DNA of 63,370 nucleotides, counting the filler, from a bacterium (GTDB lineage: Bacteria; JACRDZ01; JAQUKH01), in NCBI GenBank assembly GCA_028719205.1. It is 5 parts of 4 records of this genome, joined end to end, with 100 filler letters (N's around TTAATTAATTAA, not from the genome) between each part and the next. Parts side by side here need not be neighbours in the genome. Positions count along the whole stretch, not along the records: positions 43,781 to 63,370 come from JAQUKH010000038.1; 4 more parts are not named here. One strand, written 5' to 3'. Positions 55,358 to 63,370 of the stretch are shown here, piece by piece. The notes beneath the pieces are model-generated. The model saw only the letters and a program-made list of their open reading frames with translations, ran no database searches and was not told the origin of the DNA. The translations under genes were made by a program, and so were the position numbers. How positions within the stretch are numbered: position 1 is the first letter of the stretch; every line of letters begins with the position of its first letter.

Positions 55358-56389
55358 GTGGAAAAAATAAACGTATTAGTAACTAGTGTAGGTGGTTTTA
55401 GCCATGGGAGCTCGATTGTAACCGCTCTTCAAAAATCATTCTTACCGCTTAACATAATAGGAGCGGATATGAGCCCCCGTCTTATTAATTCATCGCCTCT
55501 GAAACAAAAAGAGGTTATCCCCGCGGCTTGCGCAGCAGATTTCATTGATAATTTTATAAAGCTTATAAAGAAATATTCCATCGACTGCATTTTCACCGGG
55601 TCAGAGCCAGAACTTCTGAAGGTGTCGGAATGCGCAGACGAAATTGAGGCCAATAAAGTAAAAATATTCTTAAACAACAAGGATGTGATAACTACTTGTA
55701 AAAATAAATTAAAATGTAATCAAACCCTAAGATCTCTGGGGTTTGATGTCCCGCAAACTATCCTTGTTAAGGATGCCGAGGATTGCGAACGAATTAATTT
55801 TTTCCCGGCTATTATAAAACCATATCTTGTTACAGGGGCATCCGCTAATGTTTTCTTGGCGGATGGCAAAGAAGAGCTTCGTTTAATAATAACCTATCTT
55901 TTAAGCAAGCAAATAGATATCATTGTCCAGGAGTATCTGCCTTACGATCAAAATGAATATACGGTAGGCGTTACATCTCTTTTTGAGGAACCGCAAGTGG
56001 TCTCTTCCATTGCTTTGCGCAAATTTATAGAAGGCCCTACGTCATATATTAAACGTAACTCTAGTGTTATATCCTCCGGTATAACCCAAGGAGAATTTAA
56101 AGACTATAACAATATTCGTAAAACATGTGAAGAAATAGCGGAAAAGCTGGAATCGCGAGGACCAATGAATATTCAGCTTAGAGAAATAAAAGGGAAAGTT
56201 ATGCCATTTGAAATTAATCCGAGATTTTCTGGAACTACATCTGCCAGAGCTATGAATGGCTACAACGAACCGGAATTTTATATCAGACGATATATTATGC
56301 ATGATCCAAAAGCAGCAGATTCCCTTGTTAATGCAAATAAAGGATTTGTCGTGAAATCCCTGAATGAGCAATACTTTAAATATGAATAA
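55358..56389 (+). CDS. ATP-grasp domain protein
   Basis: NVLVTSVGG, FPAIIKP, VQEYL...EYT, GPMNIQ, FEINPRFSGT. GTG start with GGAGG RBS. Confidence 0.88.
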   Translation: MEKINVLVTSVGGFSHGSSIVTALQKSFLPLNIIGADMSPRLINSSPLKQKEVIPAACAADFIDNFIKLIKKYSIDCIFTGSEPELLKVSECADEIEANKVKIFLNNKDVITTCKNKLKCNQTLRSLGFDVPQTILVKDAEDCERINFFPAIIKPYLVTGASANVFLADGKEELRLIITYLLSKQIDIIVQEYLPYDQNEYTVGVTSLFEEPQVVSSIALRKFIEGPTSYIKRNSSVISSGITQGEFKDYNNIRKTCEEIAEKLESRGPMNIQLREIKGKVMPFEINPRFSGTTSARAMNGYNEPEFYIRRYIMHDPKAADSLVNANKGFVVKSLNEQYFKYE

Positions 56390-57284
56390 AAATTTCAAAG
56401 TAGAGTTAGTAAAAAAAATCAACTCTTCAAATAAAAAATACCGGCTCATACGCGCTAAATACGGCTATTACCATATTAGCCCTACGCCCACAGCATCTGA
56501 ATTATCAAAGCTATACGAGAAGGAATATTTTAAAGATCTCTCTGTGGTTTCATCGAAAGGGATGGACATCGGAGGATTAAAAGAGATTGAAAGATTCCAC
56601 TTTGATAGGCAATACGAAGAAATCCTTTCTTTTATTAAGCGGAATTTCAAACAAAAAAATATAAAAATCTTAGATGTGGGGTGTGGAACAGGAATGCTCC
56701 TGAAATATTTGTACAAAAAAGGCATTAAAGGGCTTTCTGGAACTGAAATTGATCCTTCGCAAAGCACAGATAAAATCCCTATTTTTAATGGAGATTTCTT
56801 AAATTTCAAGACTCAGGAAAGGTTTGATTTCATCCTTTTTAATAACATTTTAGAACATGTAATAAATCCGCAAGAATTCTTAAAAAAAGCCCGAAATATT
56901 CTTAAGGATAGCGGGTACATAAGAGTCCAGGTGCCAAACGATCTTTCTTACACCCAGCATAAAGCCGTATCTTCTCTGGGAAAAGGGAAATTCTATTTTT
57001 TTTGTCCACCTGAACATATCAATTATTTTGATTTTGCCAGCATGGAAAAGATGTTGAGGGCTAATCATTTCAATGTTGTTGAAAAAACAACAAACTGGCC
57101 CATGGATATCTTTATTCTAATGGGGATTGATTATCCAAAAGATCCAAAGCTTGGGAAATTATGCCATGGCTACAGAATGAACTTTGAATACAATACAGGG
57201 AAAGAATTTTTAACGACTTTTTATCAAGAAATAGCTAAACAGGGGATAGGAAGGGTGGTGATACAATATGCGAAAAAGATCTAA
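56382..57284 (+). CDS. Class I SAM-dependent methyltransferase
   Basis: ILDVGCGTG, FDFI....LEHV.NP, VPN, PPEHINYF. Confidence 0.9.
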   Translation: MNKNFKVELVKKINSSNKKYRLIRAKYGYYHISPTPTASELSKLYEKEYFKDLSVVSSKGMDIGGLKEIERFHFDRQYEEILSFIKRNFKQKNIKILDVGCGTGMLLKYLYKKGIKGLSGTEIDPSQSTDKIPIFNGDFLNFKTQERFDFILFNNILEHVINPQEFLKKARNILKDSGYIRVQVPNDLSYTQHKAVSSLGKGKFYFFCPPEHINYFDFASMEKMLRANHFNVVEKTTNWPMDIFILMGIDYPKDPKLGKLCHGYRMNFEYNTGKEFLTTFYQEIAKQGIGRVVIQYAKKI

Positions 57285-57945
57285 TCTAATTATCGCGGCG
57301 CATCCTGATGATGAAATTTTAGGCTGCGGAGGCATTATCAGAAAAAAAGCTAAAGCTGGGGTAGATTCATACGTATTAATCTTAACAGACGGATCCTCAA
57401 AACGCTATTCGCACAGCCAGAAGGTAACATTAAAAAATAACGCGTTGGCAGCAAATAAAAGAATTGGAACAAAAAAAGTTTTTTTTAAAAATCTTCCCAA
57501 TCAAGGGTTAGATACGATTCCACTTTTACAGATCGTTAGAGTTATTGAACAGCATATAGATAATCTTAATATAGATACTATTTTTACTCATCACGGGGGA
57601 GATCTTAATAAGGACCATCGGATCGTGTATGAAGCAACTATTACTGCCGCCAGACCTTTGCCTGAACAAAAAATTAAGCATATTTATACATACAATGTAG
57701 CGTCATCAACCGAATGGAATAACTTTGAACCTAAGGATATTTTTATTCCGAATTACTTTATGGATATTGAAAACGAGATTGAGGATAAAATAGATGCGAT
57801 GGAATGCTATAAAAGCGAGTACCGCAAATATCCCCACCCAAGAAGCCCAGAATCTTTGAGATGTCATGCAGGTTATTGGGGTCTTATGGCAGGCATGAAA
57901 TGTGCAGAACCATTTCATCTAATACGAGCAATAGAAAAGGAATAA
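57268..57945 (+). CDS. PIG-L family N-deacetylase
   Basis: AAHPDDEILGCGG, HHGGDLNKDHR, YPHPRS. Confidence 0.9.
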   Translation: MRKRSNLIIAAHPDDEILGCGGIIRKKAKAGVDSYVLILTDGSSKRYSHSQKVTLKNNALAANKRIGTKKVFFKNLPNQGLDTIPLLQIVRVIEQHIDNLNIDTIFTHHGGDLNKDHRIVYEATITAARPLPEQKIKHIYTYNVASSTEWNNFEPKDIFIPNYFMDIENEIEDKIDAMECYKSEYRKYPHPRSPESLRCHAGYWGLMAGMKCAEPFHLIRAIEKE

Positions 57946-58869
57946 ATGAAGATAGTTTTTATTGGCTGCGTTAAAATTGGGCTAGATTGCCTTAAGCAAA
58001 TTCTAAAAGACAAAGGCAATGTTGTCACAATTTTTACTCTAGCAAAAAAATATGCGGAAAAAACATCAGGTTTTGTTGATTTTACTTCCTTGGCCAAAAC
58101 AAATAAAATCACTTTATGTAAAACAAAACATATAAATGATAAAAAGAACATATCTAAAATCAAGAAGCTGGCACCTGACTTAATCGTCATCTGCGGATGG
58201 CAGCAGTTAGTAAACGCAGAAATCCTGGGGATACCGTCTAAAGGGGTTATTGGTTTTCATTCTTCTTTATTGCCGGAATACAGGGGCAGGGCGCCTGTAA
58301 ATTGGGCTATTATAAATGGTGAAAAACAGACCGGCGTCACTATGTTTTATTGTCAGCCGGAGGCAGATACGGGAGATATTATTGCGCAAAAAAGTTTTCC
58401 TATTAATATAAATGATAATTGCGGCAGTGTATACAATAAGTCCGCAAAAGCCGCATGCCAACTTTTACATAAATATCTGCCAGTTATTAAAAAGGGCAAG
58501 GTCATTAGGAAAAAAAACTTTTCAAAAAGGTACCGGTTTTGGCCGAAACGCAGGCCGGAAGACGGAAGGATCAATTGGAATTTATCCGCGCTAGAGTTGC
58601 ATAATTGGATAAGGGCGCTTACGCGTCCCTATCCCGGAGCTTTTACATATTATGAAGGGAAGAAGTATTTTATCTGGGGCTCGCGATTAAGCAGGAATCC
58701 CCTTAAATGCCCGGGGAAATCCGGGGAGATACTGAAAATCCGCAATAAAAAAAATAATTCAATTGAATTGCTTGTAAAAACGTTTGATATGCCGATTTAC
58801 ATTAATAATTTATCATCTGAACAGAGGAAATTGCCTTTGAATTTTGTACGGGGCAAATGTTTTATTTAA
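57946..58869 (+). CDS. Sugar N-formyltransferase (Fmt/ArnA-like)
   Basis: HSSLLPEYRGRAPVNWAIING, DTGDI, IRALTRPYPGAF. Confidence 0.9.
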   Translation: MKIVFIGCVKIGLDCLKQILKDKGNVVTIFTLAKKYAEKTSGFVDFTSLAKTNKITLCKTKHINDKKNISKIKKLAPDLIVICGWQQLVNAEILGIPSKGVIGFHSSLLPEYRGRAPVNWAIINGEKQTGVTMFYCQPEADTGDIIAQKSFPININDNCGSVYNKSAKAACQLLHKYLPVIKKGKVIRKKNFSKRYRFWPKRRPEDGRINWNLSALELHNWIRALTRPYPGAFTYYEGKKYFIWGSRLSRNPLKCPGKSGEILKIRNKKNNSIELLVKTFDMPIYINNLSSEQRKLPLNFVRGKCFI

Positions 58870-58870
58870 A

Positions 58871-60247
58871 ATGAGAATAGTTTTTATCAATCCATCTTTA
58901 CGCCCTTACGCTAAACGCAGGCATTTGCCTGTGGGGCTGGCTTATGTTATGACCGCCGTAAAAAAGTCCGGTTTTAAGTTCGATCTCATTGATATGGATG
59001 TCAATGATTTGTCTATGGATGATTTAACCGGTATTTTGAGCCGGGATATTTACGATGTATATGCTTTCGGATGCATAGTAACCGGATTTAGGTTTGCGCG
59101 GCAAATATCTGAAATTATTAAAAACACCAACCCGCGCGCAACTATCATCGCAGGTAATTCCGTTGCTTCTTCAATTCCGGAGCTTTTACTTAAGAATATA
59201 AAAGTAGATATTGCTGTCTTGGGCGAAAGCGATATAACCATAGTTGAGTTATTGGAGGCTCTTAAGTCCGGAGCAAGTCTTTCCGGTGTGAGGGGGATAG
59301 CATTTAAGCAGGATGGCAAAGTAGTGTTTACGTCTTCCCGTCCGATGGTATCCGATATTGATATCCTGGGATTTCCCGATTGGAGGATGTTTGATTTAGA
59401 AAAATATAATAAATATGGCCACATAAATGCCAATTGTTTTTCCACGGATAAAGCTCTTTTATATCCGCTCAATGCCGCACGGGGATGCCCGTTTAACTGT
59501 TCTTTTTGTTACCATGTATTTAAGGGTCAGAAATATCGCAAGTATTCAGAGGAGCGGGTGATGGATGAAATTAAGCGTTTAGCCGGGGAATACGGGTGTA
59601 ATTATATTTCCTTCTGGGACGAGTTGACTTTCTCTACTATTAAGAATGTGCGGGATATGGTCAGCCGTATAAGCAGCCTGGGTTTTAATATCAAATGGGA
59701 GGCATCGGCCCGCGGTAATCTTTTCCGGAGTGAGCATGTGGAGTTGGTTAAAGAGATGAAAGATTCCGGCTGTGAAAATATATCTTTTTCTCTGGAAAAT
59801 GCCGATCCCCGGATTTTAGCTTTTATGAACAAAAAAATGAGCGTTGAACAGTTTATAGAACAAACAAAAGTGCTTTGGAGTGGAGGAGTAGTCCCGCTTA
59901 CGAGCGTGATTTTTGGCTATCCTCAGGAAACGCCCGAATCCATCAAAAAAACTATCAAAGTTTGCGAGGAGTGCAATATTTTCCCCAGTGTTGGATTTTT
60001 GCTGCCGTTACCAGGAACCCATATTTACGAATGGGCAAAAGAACATAATTTTATTACTAATGAGATTGAATATCTGGAACGTATAGGAGATCGTCAGGAT
60101 TTTCATATCAACTTAACCTCAATGCCCGATGATGAATTTGTAAATATCGTAGAATCTGAACTACAGACCCTAGCTCATAAACAAGGGTTGAAGCTTGATT
60201 CAGTATTTAAAACAACCACTTATCAAAAACCTAAAAATGTCAATTAA
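58871..60247 (+). CDS. Cobalamin-dependent radical SAM enzyme (class B methylase-like)
   Basis: PVGLAY B12 domain, GESD.T, RGCPFNCSFC, WDE, FGYPQET, LPGT. Confidence 0.9.
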   Translation: MRIVFINPSLRPYAKRRHLPVGLAYVMTAVKKSGFKFDLIDMDVNDLSMDDLTGILSRDIYDVYAFGCIVTGFRFARQISEIIKNTNPRATIIAGNSVASSIPELLLKNIKVDIAVLGESDITIVELLEALKSGASLSGVRGIAFKQDGKVVFTSSRPMVSDIDILGFPDWRMFDLEKYNKYGHINANCFSTDKALLYPLNAARGCPFNCSFCYHVFKGQKYRKYSEERVMDEIKRLAGEYGCNYISFWDELTFSTIKNVRDMVSRISSLGFNIKWEASARGNLFRSEHVELVKEMKDSGCENISFSLENADPRILAFMNKKMSVEQFIEQTKVLWSGGVVPLTSVIFGYPQETPESIKKTIKVCEECNIFPSVGFLLPLPGTHIYEWAKEHNFITNEIEYLERIGDRQDFHINLTSMPDDEFVNIVESELQTLAHKQGLKLDSVFKTTTYQKPKNVN

Positions 60248-62030
60248 TGATGATGCCTGCGGGACTGAGGCCATAATTTTGAATACAATTTTTGACGCAG
60301 ACCACTGCATAAACAATGGCCTGCATAAAAACCGAATACTTTTTTCAACTTTAGCAAGCATAGATGTTTATCTTGAAGATAAATACAAGGTGGAATGCCG
60401 ATGCCTCAGTAATTTTATTAACCTTCCGGAAACTTTAAAGATTAAAACTGACGCATCCAGGATAGTTGAAAACGCCTTAAGCGAAGCGGAAATCAAAGTA
60501 AGTCCTGAAATCAACGAACTCCTTGGTTTATCGATGCGATATTTTGAACCAACATATTCATATCTTGGTAAGCAGCTTGTAGCTGGCAGGCTTTGTTTCA
60601 TAAAAGCTTTAAATAATGCAGTCGAAAAACACCAGATTAAAAAAATTTATTTTTACAATAAAACGTTTAATTCTTTTTTGGATATTAACAGCGATTTAAG
60701 AAAATGGATAATCGCTTATTTTCCCTTTCTTGATATAAAGGAAATTATTGCGCCTCTAAGAGAAAGCAAGAAACCAAACTTAGCGCTGGCTGTTATCCGC
60801 TTATTTAAAGCAATACTGCGAGCATCAAAAAGAAATGTCAGCATATTACTAATGATGTATACAAATAAGACAAATTTTTTATATTTTTTCAAAAAATATA
60901 AAAACATCCTTATTTATGAAGATTTAATGAACGCCGCCTTTTTGAAAACACTATTAAAAAATCTAAATATACTCTATTACCTTCCTAACGCTAAAAGCCC
61001 ATGGGGAAGGCGCTCTATGCGGCACTATATATCAGCCGTAAATATCAAAAGTTTATTTTCTAAATGTAAATCTACCGATCAACAAGAAAGCGAATTTCTT
61101 GAAGAAATGAGGGAGGACTTTATAAAAAATGCCGATTCACTCCTGGGGGCAATACATCAGATAGATACGCTTAATAAGAAGTATCCTCTTTCTCTTGGTA
61201 TCTGGGGTAATTCACCGGTTGAAAAACATAAAGCACTGATTTTTGAATTTTTAATGTCCAAGAAAATCAAAGTTATTGGGGTTCAACATGGCTGTATTTT
61301 TGGCGACTCTCTGGAGCCTTGGCATTTTGATTGTGATTTTAACAGATGCGATTTTTTTATCAGCTATGGCTTTACCCAAAAAGATCTCGCAAGATTGTAT
61401 CCTGACAAGCAAATAAAAGTAAAAATAGAGCCGCTGGGGGGAGCTGAGCCGACCAAGAAAAATTCCAAACAAGAGATTATTGACATCATTTTTCCCCTTG
61501 CCAACACAGCTTCCATGTTTGAGGGGGGTATGATGCGGACTCCGCCGCATTTATTAACGGAATCACAAATAAAGATTTTGAATTACCTGAAAACATTAGA
61601 TAAAGAGAAAATAGTAATAAAACCATTTAAGGATTCCAATGTTAATAATTGCGCAATTATTCCATTGTTAAAAGATTTAAACAATATGCAAGTTGTTAAC
61701 GATGTAACGCTCAACGATTTTCTTATCGCGCATCATCCTCGGATTGCGATATTAGAATATCCTTCATCCCCTTTATTTGATATTATTCATTTTGACACTG
61801 AGATTTTCCTTCTGCAGAATCCCTTAAATCCTTATGATAAGAACGCAAAGGAAGAACTTTTCAAAAGAGCGCACCTGGCAGATACCGTTGAAGAACTGCT
61901 AAAGCTAGTTTCATTATTTTTACAGAATAAACTATTTTCAAAAAGAGACCAAACTTTTTACAATCACTATGTTTTTCGCAGAGACTCAAAAGAAAAGATA
62001 CTTAATTTTATAAACAACCTTATTGTGTAG
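60237..62030 (+). CDS. Hypothetical protein, possible GT-B/nonulosonate transferase-like
   Basis: Long ORF in the operon; GVQHG motif and C-terminal IKPF/YPSSP segment typical of capsule-type transferases (weak). Confidence 0.5.
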   Translation: MSINDDACGTEAIILNTIFDADHCINNGLHKNRILFSTLASIDVYLEDKYKVECRCLSNFINLPETLKIKTDASRIVENALSEAEIKVSPEINELLGLSMRYFEPTYSYLGKQLVAGRLCFIKALNNAVEKHQIKKIYFYNKTFNSFLDINSDLRKWIIAYFPFLDIKEIIAPLRESKKPNLALAVIRLFKAILRASKRNVSILLMMYTNKTNFLYFFKKYKNILIYEDLMNAAFLKTLLKNLNILYYLPNAKSPWGRRSMRHYISAVNIKSLFSKCKSTDQQESEFLEEMREDFIKNADSLLGAIHQIDTLNKKYPLSLGIWGNSPVEKHKALIFEFLMSKKIKVIGVQHGCIFGDSLEPWHFDCDFNRCDFFISYGFTQKDLARLYPDKQIKVKIEPLGGAEPTKKNSKQEIIDIIFPLANTASMFEGGMMRTPPHLLTESQIKILNYLKTLDKEKIVIKPFKDSNVNNCAIIPLLKDLNNMQVVNDVTLNDFLIAHHPRIAILEYPSSPLFDIIHFDTEIFLLQNPLNPYDKNAKEELFKRAHLADTVEELLKLVSLFLQNKLFSKRDQTFYNHYVFRRDSKEKILNFINNLIV

Positions 62031-62042
62031 TCCATTAGAAAG

Positions 62043-63370
62043 ATGACAGAACAAAAAAACGATTCACTAAAGAAAAGATATTTTTATAAACTCTTTTGTA
62101 ATATGCTATGCATTCCTATTAGCCTTGTTAGCCAGGGAATAATACCTAGGGGGCTTGGACCAAAAAATTATGGAGATTTTAACTATTTAACAAATTTCTT
62201 CAGTCAAATCTTAAATTTTCTTGGGATGGGCACATCCATAGGTTTTTACACAAAGCTATCGCAGAAACCAAACCGAAACAAATTGGTAGTTTTTTATTTA
62301 TATTTTATAGGGGCGGTCAGCTTCTTAGTTTTGGTTCTAGTTATAATCGCCCAGATAACCGGATTATACAAAAAAATCCTGCCTGATCAGGGATTGTTAT
62401 ATATCTATTTAGCAGTTTTTCTTGGAATCCTTATATGGATAAATGAAGTTATGAATCAAATGGTTGACGCGTACGGCCTTACGGTATCTGCCGAGATAAG
62501 AAAATCTTTCCAGAAAATAGCAGGCTTGATACTAATCGGAGCTTTATTTATATACAACAAAATAAATCTTTTCAACTTTTTTTTATATAATTTCATTCTG
62601 CTCTTTATATCAATTTTAATTTTTATTTCTCTTATCAGAAATGAGCCACGATTTAACATTGAAACTTTAAAACTCAAAGTTACAGAAATAAAAAAACATA
62701 TAATAGAATTCTATGAGTATTCGCATCCATTATTCATATATGCAGTTTTAAGCGCAATTGTCAACATCTTCGATCGCTGGCTATTGCAGGTTTTTGGCGG
62801 CAGTATTAAACAGGGATTTTTTGCATTATCATATCAAATAGGAAGCATCTGTTTCTTGTTTGCGGGCGCAATGACCCCTTTAATAAACAGAGAATTCTCA
62901 ATAGCTTATGACAAGCAAGACGTTGGAACGATGGCGGATCTTTTTCGCAAACACATTCCCTTGCTGTGTTCAATTACCGCTTTTATAGCTTGTTTTGCGG
63001 CTGTTAATGCCGATAAAATCACCTTGATCTTAGGAGGAGGCAAGTTCAGGGACGCGACCGTTGCCGTTTGTATTATGTCATTCTATCCAATCCACCAGGC
63101 ATACGGACAGCTAACCGGAGCGGTATTTTACTCGACCGGTCAAACAAAACTATATAGAAATATTGGTTTATTCTTTTTAATTATCGGCTTGCCTATGACG
63201 TATTTCATGATAGCACCAAAAAACAATATGGGATTAGATGCCGGGGCAACAGGATTGGCCATAAAAACAGTATTGATAAATGTCCTTTCGGTAAATGTGC
63301 TCTTATATTATAGCGCAAGATTTTTACGTTTAATTTTTTGGAAATTCGTAGTCCATCAGATCATAGTAAT
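62043..63370 (+). CDS. Oligosaccharide flippase (Wzx/MOP family), 3' truncated by window end
   Basis: MTEQKNDSLKKRYFYKL...IIPRGLGPKNYGDF..., FDRWLLQ..GG...QGFF.LSYQ; many TMs. Not in the ORF track because no stop falls in the window. Confidence 0.85.
   Translation, partial: MTEQKNDSLKKRYFYKLFCNMLCIPISLVSQGIIPRGLGPKNYGDFNYLTNFFSQILNFLGMGTSIGFYTKLSQKPNRNKLVVFYLYFIGAVSFLVLVLVIIAQITGLYKKILPDQGLLYIYLAVFLGILIWINEVMNQMVDAYGLTVSAEIRKSFQKIAGLILIGALFIYNKINLFNFFLYNFILLFISILIFISLIRNEPRFNIETLKLKVTEIKKHIIEFYEYSHPLFIYAVLSAIVNIFDRWLLQVFGGSIKQGFFALSYQIGSICFLFAGAMTPLINREFSIAYDKQDVGTMADLFRKHIPLLCSITAFIACFAAVNADKITLILGGGKFRDATVAVCIMSFYPIHQAYGQLTGAVFYSTGQTKLYRNIGLFFLIIGLPMTYFMIAPKNNMGLDAGATGLAIKTVLINVLSVNVLLYYSARFLRLIFWKFVVHQIIV

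Noticed and set aside
57946-58869. Housekeeping methionyl-tRNA formyltransferase (fmt)
   Set aside because: Context within a glycan operon and ArnA-like motifs favour a sugar N-formyltransferase.
200-62677. Numerous 60-180 aa antisense or overlapping ORFs in the ORF track (e.g. 17577-18002, 28192-28725, 34030-34494, 59050-59472)
   Set aside because: They overlap well-supported genes on the opposite strand or another frame, and lack recognisable motifs.

Overview
The window is not contiguous. It joins five contigs from an AT-rich, probably anaerobic bacterium (likely a MAG) with artificial 100-bp spacers (44 N + TTAATTAATTAA + 44 N). The contigs are 1-5537, 5638-18472, 18573-24825, 24926-43680 and 43781-63370. 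Contig 1 holds a repeat-rich SPOR protein and an uncharacterised GT2 / radical SAM-SPASM / twin methyltransferase-like / DUF362 cluster. Contig 2 holds an ion-homeostasis region (fluC, TetR plus cation:proton antiporter-CBS, and a candidate nhaA-I-like cation riboswitch ahead of two paralogous small membrane proteins), then MFS, YhcH, GNAT, PIG-L, AraC, trxA and gyrA. Contig 3 holds glycosyltransferases, a TIGR04190-like B12 radical SAM enzyme, yacG, NYN and a large surface protein. Contig 4 holds a dnaE fragment, a diguanylate cyclase, guaA, ArsR with an unannotated 53-aa Cys-rich protein, a Rho lacking its RNA-binding domain, dockerin and collagen-S74 surface proteins, and a patchwork accessory run. 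That run contains the best candidate for a new system: a signal peptide-PLD nuclease-tandem winged helix-DnaD-like fusion gene, with REP-like palindromes on both sides and inside it, and a diverged 3' remnant 6 kb away. Contig 5 is a heavily tailored nonulosonic-acid/polysaccharide locus ending in a flippase. No rRNA, tRNA, CRISPR array or transposase was recognised. All assignments come from motif recognition by eye; no searches were run.
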